63,413 nt of DNA from Fidelibacterota bacterium (GCA_021734045.1 JAIPJR010000002.1:1-63413); one strand, 5' to 3'; positions 47,719 to 57,229 are shown, numbered from the stretch's first letter. Translations and numbers: made by a program. The notes: a model not told the origin generated them from the sequence alone.

Positions 47719-50670
47719 ATGGAAAGATTGATACGGCGTCTGGCGCTACTTGTTTTGAGCGCCATTTTTTTTATCGGATGTAGCTACTTAACCAATTTGG
47801 ATTTGCCTGGCACCGGTTCCTGGGCAGAGCGGACTTTGAAACAACTGACACTACGGGAAAAAATCGCCCAGATGATGGTGTACCACATGAACCTGCGTTT
47901 CATGAATGGTGAAAGCGACCAGTGGCAGGAAGCCGTGAAACTCATTGAAACTGATGGTGTGGGTGGGATTCATATCTACCGAGGCGAAGTCGGTGAAGCG
48001 CTGACGACACTGAATGATTTACAGCAACGCTCAAAAGTGCCTATGATTCTGGATGCAGATCTGGAATATGGTCTGGGGTGGCGGGTGCCGGGCGGTACGG
48101 ATATCCCATACAACATGGCAGTAGCCGCGACCGGGAATCCTGAGAACGCGTTTCTGGCAGGAAAAATCACGGCAATAGAAGGCCGTGCCGTAGGCATTCA
48201 ATTGGGTCTGGTGCCGGTGGTGGATGTGAATAACAACCCGGAGAATCCCATTATTAACACCCGTTCGTTTGGTGAGGAACCACAATTGGTGCAAAAATTC
48301 GCCACCCGCTATATCGCGGGAATGCATGCTGGCGGGATGGCCGCAACCGCCAAACATTTTCCGGGTCATGGCGACACGGGGACGGACAGCCACACCAGGC
48401 TGGCTACCATTCCCAGCGATTCGGTACGCTTGTGGGATGTTGAACTGCCCCCGTTTCAAGCCGCTATTGATGCTGGTGTGGATTTGGTCATGATCGCTCA
48501 TATTCAGGCACCTGATTATCAGCCCCACGCCTACACACCTGCGACCTTATCGCCCTTCTGGATTCAGGATATTCTGCGCGAGAAAATGGGTTTTCAAGGG
48601 ATTGTGGCCTCAGATGCCATGAGTATGGGCGGTATCACCCAAAACTATACCCGGGATTACGCCATTATTCAGGGCATTAATGCGGGTATGGACATGATTC
48701 TACAGGCGCATGATTTCCCCTATTTTGTGAATGTTGTGGAGAATGCCGTATCCAACGGCACCATCTCTGAAACCCGGATCGATGAAGCTGCCTTACGCAT
48801 TCTGCGATTGAAAGAGACATTAGGCCTGCATAAGGACCGGTATGTTGACCTGAATAAAACCCGCCAGGTGTATGGTCACAAAGAGAATAAAGAAATTGCC
48901 GATCGCATCGCCCGGGAAGCCATTACGCTGGTGAAAAATGACGGTCAGCCTGTTCCATTGAACCTGAACGAAAATGACACCCTCATCATCCTGGATGTTT
49001 ACGATTCACCTTACAATCACAACCTCACCACCATCACACGCAGTTTGCAGTGGCAGAATGTACCGGTGAAGGCGTTCCCATTGGACGCTGCCGATGATGC
49101 GGCCTATTTCAACACGATTTTGGAACAAATTCCGGAAAATGCGCCCATCCTGGTGAATGCCTTCTGCCGGTATCTCATGAACAAGGACCGGATCTTTCTA
49201 CCGGTACATCAAACCAAATTTCTACAGCGGGTGTTCGCCAAATCCAAACGCACGATACTTGTCAGTCTGGGTACACCCTATCTGTTGCAGGATTTTCCTG
49301 ATGTGAGCGCTTACATCTGTGCTTATGGTGGTAGTGATCAAATGCAACGCGCGGTGGTTCAGGCTCTTTTGGGGCAGAATCCCGTTGGCGGACAGTTACC
49401 CGTGACCATTCCCGACATTGCACCGGTGGGCTCCGGAATTAATCTCCCGGCGAATCCGGTGACCTTCGAACGCCCGGCTGTGGAAACAGGACTTACCTTA
49501 AAACGCGCCATGCCCTATCAGGTGAATGCAGATGTGAGCCGGCTGCCGGGTATCATGGAATCTGCGGTAGCGGACTCCGCCTGGCCGGGAGGCGTATTTT
49601 TGGCCGCGCATTCGGGGAAAATATTCTATCACGAAAGTTTTGGCTATCACACCTATGAGAAAAACCAGCCCACACGGCGCGGTGATATTTTTGATTTGGC
49701 CTCAGTAACAAAAGTCATTGCCACCACCAGCGCGGTAATGAAGTTGGTGGAAAATGGCGACCTGTCGCTGGATGACAAAGTTGTGAAGTACCTGCCGGAA
49801 TTCACAGGACCCGATGCAGCCAATACAAAATTGAAAAACACGATTACGGTTCGGAATCTGCTGACGCACACGGCCGGGTTACCGCCCTTCCGTCGCTTTT
49901 ATGCCATGGATGTGGACATTTCCGCTCGTTGGGATAGTGTGTACCAATCAGCACTGGATACGCTACCGGGTGTGAGAACAGTTTATTCAGATATTGGATT
50001 GATTCTGGCGGGCAAGACGGTGGAAAGAATCACCGGAATGGGGTTGGATGAATTTGTGACAGAGCAGATTTTCGAGCCGCTGGGTATGACATCCACCTAT
50101 TTCAATCCGCCCGCCAGCCGATTAAAACGCATTGTTCCCACGGAAATCACCGCATTGGAAGGCGGCCTGATTCACGGACATGTACACGATGAAAATTCCT
50201 ACAGTCTGGGCGGCGTAACCGGCCATGCGGGGCTATTCAGCACAGCGCATGATTTAGCCATTTTTGCTCAAATGATGCTCAATGAAGGCATTTATGGTAA
50301 GACACGCATATTTAAACCGGAAACGGTTGAATTATTCACCACACCAGCCAAAATGCTGTCCGGCAGTAGCCGCTGCCTGGGATGGGACAGTCCCCAGGGA
50401 ATTGCCAGTGGCGGGGTGTATCTGGGTGACCGGGCGTTTGGTCATACGGGCTATACAGGCACGTCCATTTGGATTGATCCGGACCATGATATGTTCACGA
50501 TTCTGCTTACCAACGCAGTCCACCCCAATCGCGCCTTTAAATATCCCAATTATTTTCAATGGCGTCAGTTGGTGCACGCCGCCGCCTACGAAAGTTTTGA
50601 GGATGTGACACCCAATCCACGACTACAATGGAGCCCACGCTGGGAAAAAGCCGGAGCGATGGCCAAGTAG
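47719..50670 (+). CDS. Fusion protein: glycoside hydrolase family 3 (NagZ-like beta-N-acetylhexosaminidase) plus serine hydrolase of the beta-lactamase/PBP fold
   Basis: 983 aa with a lipoprotein-like signal (FFIGC). GH3/NagZ motif KHFPGHGDTGTDSH (from 48352). SxxK motif SVTK at 49702-49713, and a later HTGYTG (a KTG-equivalent). Confidence 0.9.
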   Translation: MERLIRRLALLVLSAIFFIGCSYLTNLDLPGTGSWAERTLKQLTLREKIAQMMVYHMNLRFMNGESDQWQEAVKLIETDGVGGIHIYRGEVGEALTTLNDLQQRSKVPMILDADLEYGLGWRVPGGTDIPYNMAVAATGNPENAFLAGKITAIEGRAVGIQLGLVPVVDVNNNPENPIINTRSFGEEPQLVQKFATRYIAGMHAGGMAATAKHFPGHGDTGTDSHTRLATIPSDSVRLWDVELPPFQAAIDAGVDLVMIAHIQAPDYQPHAYTPATLSPFWIQDILREKMGFQGIVASDAMSMGGITQNYTRDYAIIQGINAGMDMILQAHDFPYFVNVVENAVSNGTISETRIDEAALRILRLKETLGLHKDRYVDLNKTRQVYGHKENKEIADRIAREAITLVKNDGQPVPLNLNENDTLIILDVYDSPYNHNLTTITRSLQWQNVPVKAFPLDAADDAAYFNTILEQIPENAPILVNAFCRYLMNKDRIFLPVHQTKFLQRVFAKSKRTILVSLGTPYLLQDFPDVSAYICAYGGSDQMQRAVVQALLGQNPVGGQLPVTIPDIAPVGSGINLPANPVTFERPAVETGLTLKRAMPYQVNADVSRLPGIMESAVADSAWPGGVFLAAHSGKIFYHESFGYHTYEKNQPTRRGDIFDLASVTKVIATTSAVMKLVENGDLSLDDKVVKYLPEFTGPDAANTKLKNTITVRNLLTHTAGLPPFRRFYAMDVDISARWDSVYQSALDTLPGVRTVYSDIGLILAGKTVERITGMGLDEFVTEQIFEPLGMTSTYFNPPASRLKRIVPTEITALEGGLIHGHVHDENSYSLGGVTGHAGLFSTAHDLAIFAQMMLNEGIYGKTRIFKPETVELFTTPAKMLSGSSRCLGWDSPQGIASGGVYLGDRAFGHTGYTGTSIWIDPDHDMFTILLTNAVHPNRAFKYPNYFQWRQLVHAAAYESFEDVTPNPRLQWSPRWEKAGAMAK

Positions 50671-50721
50671 GCATCAGGGCGGCATCGCGTTCAACGCAGA
50701 TTGATTAAAAGGCTATCAGCT

Positions 50722-51210
50722 TCAATGAATCCATTTTCGTAGCGCTGGCTTTGTTACCAGGGCGATGTCAATCAATTGCGCAATTTCAGACGGTAATTGT
50801 CGATGCTGCCAGGTATGTTCTGTTTGCGCAGCTTCCTTTCCTTTTGATAATCGTACGGCTTTTGTAGCATAATAAGCCGCGCCTGGTGCGTGGTCGGCCA
50901 TGTGGGGTGTGGAAACCGCCTGTCCCGCCGCCCGGGCTACCGCCTCTGCCACAGGGCTTCCTGATTCACGTGCAGCAGCATGGGCTTGAAATGCTGCCTG
51001 ACGCGCCACACCTACTGAAATTTCACCGCGTGCCCACGCCCGGGCTTGCTCAATCGCCGTTTCCGGGCGCTTGTCGTTCGGATGAACCTTTGTGAATAAA
51101 TCCAACACATGTTCCGCGCAATCAGCCGCCCATCGTGTCAGCAGGTGATGGGTTTCCTTTTCCAGAAATCCGCCCCGGTGGACTGCAATAAAGCGTTTAT
51201 CACGGGCCAT
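50722..51210 (-). CDS. All-alpha Imm5-like putative immunity-type protein (family often mis-annotated as exonuclease SbcC)
   Basis: The pattern WAADCAEHVLDLF...NDKRPETAIEQARAWARGE...AHAAARESG...VARAAGQAVSTPHMADHAPGAAYYATKAV matches my recollection of the Imm5-like family. The ORF extends to 51258; the likely start is the ATG at 51210 (MARDKRF). Confidence 0.5.
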   Translation of the reverse strand: MARDKRFIAVHRGGFLEKETHHLLTRWAADCAEHVLDLFTKVHPNDKRPETAIEQARAWARGEISVGVARQAAFQAHAAARESGSPVAEAVARAAGQAVSTPHMADHAPGAAYYATKAVRLSKGKEAAQTEHTWQHRQLPSEIAQLIDIALVTKPALRKWIH

Positions 51211-51261
51211 TTCGTTTATCCGGGAATTTTCCTTCTGTCCCCCCATCCGCCATCCCATCTG

Positions 51262-51855
51262 TCATTTGACTGTAAGACCCAGCCCCACCTGAAAAATCCA
51301 GGGTGGATTGGTAGGTAAATCCTGTTTGTAATCCGGGAGATAGAGCAATTCGCATTGGGTTGAAATCTGTAAATTTTTATATGCGGTGATGTCAAGCCCG
51401 ACACCCACCAGCGCCGAGGGAGCCCAGGTGTAGTTATAGTTTGTCGTGTACAGCACCACCTGCTCTTCCGTGATCCCGGCGGAACCTGCTGCAGCACGAA
51501 AAAACAAGCCCTTATAGGTAAAGGGATGCACATCAACACAGAGAAAATTGGTATAAATAAGGGTACGCTCCGCCAAAATCCCAGTCCAACTGAAGGGATC
51601 CACATTGTAGTATTCATTGGCACCATATGCCCGGTACGCCAAACCCAGGTCCAAGATATTATTCAATGTGTAAGTGATGGTAAACCCAAGATCCGAGTGC
51701 AAATCGTCAGTCCTGGGAGAATGCTGGAGATACTGCACCATGCTGAACTTTACCGGTAACCGGGTTGGGGATGCCATCCCCTGCCCCTGGAGCAGGAAGA
51801 GAGTGAGTAATACCAGGATTGTTGATTGAGAAAAGGAATTTCGTGACGGGTTCAT
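51262..51855 (-). CDS. Small outer-membrane beta-barrel-like protein
   Basis: 197 aa with a signal peptide. Alternating hydrophobic/aromatic beta-strand periodicity, and a C-terminal ...FQVGLGLTVK. Confidence 0.5.
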   Translation of the reverse strand: MNPSRNSFSQSTILVLLTLFLLQGQGMASPTRLPVKFSMVQYLQHSPRTDDLHSDLGFTITYTLNNILDLGLAYRAYGANEYYNVDPFSWTGILAERTLIYTNFLCVDVHPFTYKGLFFRAAAGSAGITEEQVVLYTTNYNYTWAPSALVGVGLDITAYKNLQISTQCELLYLPDYKQDLPTNPPWIFQVGLGLTVK

Positions 51856-51961
51856 AATCAGGATAACCTCATTTTAATACCTGCAGGTTGGTTGCTTTCA
51901 CCGAATATAACATTGAATCCAGACAAGTTTGGGCCAATTCCATTTACATGTATGAACCGGC

Positions 51962-51989
51962 AAAAAAACGCCCCGGGTCAGCGGGGCGT
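51962..51989 (-). terminator. Rho-independent terminator after the 52016..52999 gene
   Basis: On the minus strand, an ACGCCCCG-ctgacc-CGGGGCGT hairpin is followed by TTTTTTT. Confidence 0.65.
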
Positions 51990-52015
51990 TATGGAATTAA
52001 GCGAACGCTTCAGGA

Positions 52016-52999
52016 TTATGGATGTCTGGGCGGACCACCACGGTAATGAAATCCCAGAATTTGGGAATGATACGTGGTATAGCTATGATCAAATAGTGTT
52101 CGGGCGTCCACTGCTTCCACATAGGCTTTGAATACCCGGTCTCGACCACGCAATTCGAAAATGCGGGTGTATCGTTTTTCGCCGTCGTCATTGGTTCCGG
52201 TATAGCGCATGATCTCCCGAGCTGGTGGTACCGGTCGGAAGTGGTGAAAATCCCATTTGTAACGCACCCATTCCGGCAGCGCACTATCACCGTTCAGTAC
52301 AAACAAATCAGCTCGCGCTGTATCACCCCGGGCAAATGCCAAGGGCTGGCGCAGCATGGAGATATAGTGATTTTCGAAATCCGACAGAACCCGGCTGGAG
52401 TCGGTGACCAGATTCGTTAGCACCAGGCGGACAAAATCAATCGTCCCGTCAACCGATCCGCCATAAAGCGGTGTCATCCCGGTTCGATGCCAGTGATATT
52501 CATTCGCCGGATTGGGCAGGTATTCGAAACGGACCTTGCGTCCCAGCACCATTTGGATCGGTTTTTCAGAATACCCCACGGTATCACCAACCGTCCAGGT
52601 GGTGTCGTCTGTCCAGACACGTTCGCGCTGCAACACATGAAATGTCCCGGTTATCTGATCCGTCAATCGTGCATACGCCAGACTGTCATTTTCCACAGTG
52701 ATTTCGGGCTCCAGACGTTGACGCGCCATACCGGTACGCCAAAAGCGCCAGACTGCTGCAGAATCAAACGGTCCGGGAACCATCTGCAGATTGGCGATCC
52801 CTTTTCCCAATCCAAAATCCATCTGATCCGTATTATCAAAATCATCCAATTCATATAGTGAATCCTCGGATGCAAGAAGTGCCAGGATCTGCTCCTCAAT
52901 GGCACCATCACCACCTGACGAGTCATTCAGGTTCTCACAGTGCCAGAGTATAAATGTTGCAGCCAGGGCTAATAGGAGTAGGCTGAATCGTTTTTTCAT
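52016..52999 (-). CDS. Hypothetical lipoprotein
   Basis: 327 aa. Signal peptide MKKRFSLLLLALAATFILWHC. No family recognised. Confidence 0.6.
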   Translation of the reverse strand: MKKRFSLLLLALAATFILWHCENLNDSSGGDGAIEEQILALLASEDSLYELDDFDNTDQMDFGLGKGIANLQMVPGPFDSAAVWRFWRTGMARQRLEPEITVENDSLAYARLTDQITGTFHVLQRERVWTDDTTWTVGDTVGYSEKPIQMVLGRKVRFEYLPNPANEYHWHRTGMTPLYGGSVDGTIDFVRLVLTNLVTDSSRVLSDFENHYISMLRQPLAFARGDTARADLFVLNGDSALPEWVRYKWDFHHFRPVPPAREIMRYTGTNDDGEKRYTRIFELRGRDRVFKAYVEAVDARTLFDHSYTTYHSQILGFHYRGGPPRHP

Positions 53000-53063
53000 G
53001 ATAAATCCTCCTGAAGTTCAGTAACTAACTTATTGTGAATACGAAATATAGCAAATGCATTCA

Positions 53064-53561
53064 TTACGGTCCGGGGGGGCGATTCGGACGGGTGGGTGGT
53101 TCGCGGCGCTGCTGGATAAACTCCCGCAACTGACGCCGAAACCGCTCCTCAAATCCCAAAAACTGCAGTTGCTGCCGGGGTGTGAGATGCTTACTGAGTG
53201 AATTCAAAAAGTCCTGATTGAGTTGCTGGACACGGTTTTGTTGCTGATTCACTCTGGCGATGAATTTATCCACCTCTTTCTGATTCACTTTGTCCTCATT
53301 TAACAGCGTCCGCCCCTCAGACATGATCTTGCGTAATGCCTGCTGTGCTTCTCTCACCTGCTCCTCGTGCCGCTGGAGGACCGGGATGAATGTGGTAATC
53401 TGATCATCGGTAAGATTCAACGCCTGGGTTAGCTTGAAAATCCGCACAGCTTCTACTCCTTGCGGTACCTCATCTCCCGGTACGGGTGGCAAATCAGGGG
53501 CCTGGCCACGCACGATTGTAGCTGTCAGCAGCATTAGAATGATTGGATTAATTGCTTTCAT
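53064..53561 (-). CDS. Periplasmic Spy/CpxP-like (LTXXQ-motif) protein
   Basis: 165 aa with a signal peptide. Helical, with LTDDQ and LTPRQQ motifs. It overlaps the upstream gene by 4 nt. Confidence 0.6.
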   Translation of the reverse strand: MKAINPIILMLLTATIVRGQAPDLPPVPGDEVPQGVEAVRIFKLTQALNLTDDQITTFIPVLQRHEEQVREAQQALRKIMSEGRTLLNEDKVNQKEVDKFIARVNQQQNRVQQLNQDFLNSLSKHLTPRQQLQFLGFEERFRRQLREFIQQRREPPTRPNRPPGP

Positions 53562-53980
53562 GAGTTCTGCTCCTCTAAATATTTTGTGAACGATTCCATC
53601 TCGGTTGATGTGAGTTGAATGTCTGGAAGTGGTTGTGAAATACTGCTCGTTTCCAGCATGTACTCAGCTGCCGACCAGTACAAATCATTCACCTCATTGG
53701 AATCCAATAGTGATACCGCCAGCGAATAATCAAACACTTCATTACCAGCATCCGCCGCCAGCGTCTCCAAAGGCTTCGTTCGATCGGAACGGCCCACCAT
53801 AATCGTGAAAATGACCAGCACGATTGCCGCAGTGAATGTCACAGCGTATCCCAATTGTCGCCGCGTTTTGCGGTACTGAATACGCGCCTGTATACCGGCA
53901 ATTACCTGATCCGGATCAGGCGAAATTTGCGTCTCCGGTGCAGTGTCAAGCTTCTTCAGCCAGTTTTCAAATTCGTTCAT
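53558..53980 (-). CDS. Single-pass membrane protein, putative anti-sigma factor component
   Basis: 140 aa with a central TM helix (AVTFTAAIVLVIFTIMV). It sits downstream of the ECF sigma gene. No zf-HC2 motif is present in this ORF. Confidence 0.5.
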   Translation of the reverse strand: MNEFENWLKKLDTAPETQISPDPDQVIAGIQARIQYRKTRRQLGYAVTFTAAIVLVIFTIMVGRSDRTKPLETLAADAGNEVFDYSLAVSLLDSNEVNDLYWSAAEYMLETSSISQPLPDIQLTSTEMESFTKYLEEQNS

Positions 53981-54160
53981 GGATTCTTTGCTCCGCTGAT
54001 TTCAATTTATCTTATTGGGTTTTCAGCCTTCGATCATTCGCTGTGTTCGTAGGTGTCTTCCTGAGTCTCGTCGCAGGATAATACCCCCAGAAATTCCTTC
54101 GATTCCCCTTCGATGAACTCAGGGAGACAATCGAAGGGTTTATTGGTTTGCTCAGAGCAC

Positions 54161-54724
54161 TCATATATTTCCACTGTCAATCCCGGCCTTCTTTTTGAAA
54201 TAAGCTTCCAGCCGTTTTTTCCCTTCGTGAAAATGGACTTTCGCCGCATTCACACTACACCCCACCGCCTTGGCTACATCTTCAAATGGTAAGTCCTGGT
54301 AAATCCGCGCCACCACGACCGCCCGCTGCCGAGGGGTCAGGATTTCCAGTGCCTCTGTTAACCGAGCTTGCCGAAATGCCAACTCCGCTACATCAGACGG
54401 TTCCGGTTCCGGCTCCATCAAACGGCGGGGCAGCGATTCCAAAGCCACCCAGCGGCGACGGCGTTTCAGATGCGTATAGCTCAGATTCATTGCAATCCGG
54501 AATACCCAGGTTTTCAACGACGCATCGCCTTTGAATGACCGAATTTTCTCCCATACCCTTACGAAGGTATCTTGAAGAATGTCCTGGGCATCTGCCGGAT
54601 CATTAACCAGCCGCACAATGAAGCGATACAATTCCGCCTGGTGTTGGCGAACCAATTCATTCAGCGCTTCTGCTTCCCGCCGGATGAGTCTGTCAAATAG
54701 CGCCTGTTCTTCCTGATGCAGCAT
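54161..54724 (-). CDS. RNA polymerase ECF-type sigma-70 factor
   Basis: Region 2 (LYRFIVRLVNDPADAQDILQDTFVRVW) and region 4 (LPFEDVAKAVGCSVNAAKVHFHEGKKRL). The ORF extends to 54811, but the ATG at 54724 (MLHQEEQ) fits the family length. Confidence 0.9.
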   Translation of the reverse strand: MLHQEEQALFDRLIRREAEALNELVRQHQAELYRFIVRLVNDPADAQDILQDTFVRVWEKIRSFKGDASLKTWVFRIAMNLSYTHLKRRRRWVALESLPRRLMEPEPEPSDVAELAFRQARLTEALEILTPRQRAVVVARIYQDLPFEDVAKAVGCSVNAAKVHFHEGKKRLEAYFKKKAGIDSGNI

Positions 54725-54873
54725 TTCTATTCCGTTAGACCACCTTCCTGGATGAAAGGTTAAGACAAGGTTAAAGTTGGGTCTACAATGCCCTTTGGGC
54801 TTTGGTGGCAATTCATTATACTACCCGCCGATCAATGACCTGAAAACTTAACGCACAGGGAGGCAGACCTTCT

Positions 54874-56310
54874 ATGGCCGGATTGATTGATATTTTAACG
54901 CAAATCAAAGACGTCATGGTGACATACGTCTGGGAATGGCCCACCAACTGGTTTCCACACACGGTTCCGTTTCTGGTATTGCTCCTGTTGGGAACCGGCA
55001 TTTATGTCACCTTTAAAAACCGCTTCATTCAGATCACACAATTTAAACATGGTGTGAACACCATCCGCGGAATCTACGATAATCCCGACGATGATGGTGA
55101 CATTAATCATTTCCAAGCGCTCTCTTCCGCCCTGTCTGCCACCATCGGTATCGGTAATATCGCCGGTGTGGCCACCGCGATTCATTACGGTGGACCGGGA
55201 GCTTTGTTCTGGATGTGGGTCACGGCCGTTTTTGGCATGGCGCTAAAATTTTCCGAGGCGACCCTGGCCTTGAAGTACCGCAAAATCAATCCGGATGGCT
55301 CAGCCAGTGGCGGCCCCATGTACTACATTCTCATGGGATTGGGAAATCAGTGGAAATGGCTGGCTGTGGCTTTCGCATTTTTTGCCATGATATCCAGTTT
55401 CGGACAGGGCAACATGATCCAATCTTTCACCGTCTCGGATCAGCTACAGAGTGAGTTTGGCATTCCCCGCTGGACCACCAGTTTGGTTATGTCCGTGCTG
55501 GTTGCACTGGTCATTTTAGGCGGGATTAAGCGAATCGGACGGGTTACCAGTAAGCTCACACCCTTTATGGCCGTTACCTATGTACTGGGAGCCTTTCTGA
55601 TACTGGTGCTGAATATGGGTGAAGTCCTGCCCACTTTCGGAAAAATTATCCGGGAAGCTTTTCAACCCAACTCTGCTGTGACCGGCGTGGCAGGTGGTGG
55701 ATTTCTTGTCTTTTTAAACACCATGCTATGGGGTGTGAAACGCGGCCTCTTTTCCAATGAAGCCGGCCAGGGTTCCGCGCCCATCGCGCATGCTGCTGCG
55801 AAAACCCAGGAACCGGTTCGTGAGGGTGTGGTGGCCATGCTGGGACCCTTTGTGGACACGCTGGTGGTTTGTACCATGACCGGCCTGGCGATTACACTGA
55901 CGGAAGCGTACCTGGTACGGGATGCTGCCGGGGAATTGTTAAACGGCTCGCCCATGACGGCCTACGCTTTTGCCGAAGGTTTGGCATTTCTGGGTGGCTG
56001 GGGCAGTTATATCGTCACATTTGGCGTTGTTCTCTTTGCCATTTCAACCGCCATTAGCTGGAGTTATTACGGGGATCGCAGCGCCCAGTTTTTATGGGGT
56101 GATAAAGCCATTAAGCCCTACAAATGGATTTATGTGTTCATGATTTTTCTGGGTGGCATTTTTTCACTGGAAATCGTTTGGGGATTCGGGGATATCGCCC
56201 TGGGACTCATGGCCATTCCCAATCTTATTGCCATTATCCTCCTGGCAGGCAAAGTGAAAGAACTGAAGGATGAATATTTCAGCCGGGAGCATCTGCCGTT
56301 TAAGAAATAG
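54874..56310 (+). CDS. Sodium:alanine (amino acid carrier, AGCS) family symporter
   Basis: 478 aa, polytopic. AGCS blocks FQALSSALSATIGIGNIAGVATAI and GLFSNEAGQGSAPIAHAAAKT. RBS GGGAGG upstream. Confidence 0.93.
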   Translation: MAGLIDILTQIKDVMVTYVWEWPTNWFPHTVPFLVLLLLGTGIYVTFKNRFIQITQFKHGVNTIRGIYDNPDDDGDINHFQALSSALSATIGIGNIAGVATAIHYGGPGALFWMWVTAVFGMALKFSEATLALKYRKINPDGSASGGPMYYILMGLGNQWKWLAVAFAFFAMISSFGQGNMIQSFTVSDQLQSEFGIPRWTTSLVMSVLVALVILGGIKRIGRVTSKLTPFMAVTYVLGAFLILVLNMGEVLPTFGKIIREAFQPNSAVTGVAGGGFLVFLNTMLWGVKRGLFSNEAGQGSAPIAHAAAKTQEPVREGVVAMLGPFVDTLVVCTMTGLAITLTEAYLVRDAAGELLNGSPMTAYAFAEGLAFLGGWGSYIVTFGVVLFAISTAISWSYYGDRSAQFLWGDKAIKPYKWIYVFMIFLGGIFSLEIVWGFGDIALGLMAIPNLIAIILLAGKVKELKDEYFSREHLPFKK

Positions 56311-56383
56311 TCATCTGCATACCAGACTGACGCCCTTTTTCGGGACTTTGAGTGCTTCACCTTTGCTGACGTAATCGTTACCT

Positions 56384-57229
56384 TTGGGCATGATGACAGC
56401 ACCGGATTCCATTCCCCTATTGAATGATATCTATCTCACGACCCAGCGGGCAGCCAAGTCTGCCGGCAGTACGATCCGGCGGCTGAGCGGAAATCCCCGT
56501 AAAATCGATTTCAAGCGCAGTCGGGATATGGTCACCAATGTGGATCGAGCGGCTGAACAGACGATTGTGGACATTATCCGGTATAAATTTCCCCAGCACA
56601 GCATTCTTGCCGAGGAGCGGGGTGAAATTCACAATCCTGAATCTGATTTTGAATGGATCATCGACCCGTTGGACGGAACCACCAATTTTGTGCACCATTT
56701 TCCAGCATACTGCGTGTCTGTTGGCGTTACGTACCAGGGTGAAATGGTGGCAGGCAGTATTTACGATCCCATTCGGGATGAGTTATTTCACGCGAAAAAG
56801 GGTGGCGGTGCTTTTCGGAATGGACAGGGAATCCGTGTATCGGATACGCCGGACCTGGGGAAATCCCTTCTGGCGACCGGATTTCCCTATATCAATGACG
56901 CATTATTTGAGCTCAACATGCGGATTTGGGTAAGCCTGTACGGGCAGACACAAGGGCTGCGCCGGGCGGGGTCAGCGGCTCTGGACCTGGCTATGGTTGC
57001 CTGTGGGAGGCTGGACGGTTTTTGGGAATTCAGTCTCAATCCCTGGGATTTGGCGGCGGGTACGTTGCTGGTTCAGGAAGCTGGCGGGACGGTGACGGCA
57101 ATCTGCGGTAAACCGTTTCAGGTCAACACAGTCCCGCACATTCTCACCGGTAACCCGACAATCCATCAGGCCATGTTGGAACGGATTGTACCGTATCTTG
57201 AGGGTGTGGCGTTGGAAAGGCCTTGTTAG
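56384..57229 (+). CDS. suhB: Inositol monophosphatase family protein (SuhB-like)
   Basis: 281 aa. IMPase motifs AEE..., WIIDPLDGTTNF and WDLAAG. Confidence 0.9.
   Translation: MGMMTAPDSIPLLNDIYLTTQRAAKSAGSTIRRLSGNPRKIDFKRSRDMVTNVDRAAEQTIVDIIRYKFPQHSILAEERGEIHNPESDFEWIIDPLDGTTNFVHHFPAYCVSVGVTYQGEMVAGSIYDPIRDELFHAKKGGGAFRNGQGIRVSDTPDLGKSLLATGFPYINDALFELNMRIWVSLYGQTQGLRRAGSAALDLAMVACGRLDGFWEFSLNPWDLAAGTLLVQEAGGTVTAICGKPFQVNTVPHILTGNPTIHQAMLERIVPYLEGVALERPC

Noticed and set aside
54725-54873. Checked for a glycine or amino-acid riboswitch upstream of the Na:alanine symporter
   Set aside because: No glycine-riboswitch-like conserved core is visible. The region is better explained as divergent promoters plus the GGGAGG RBS.
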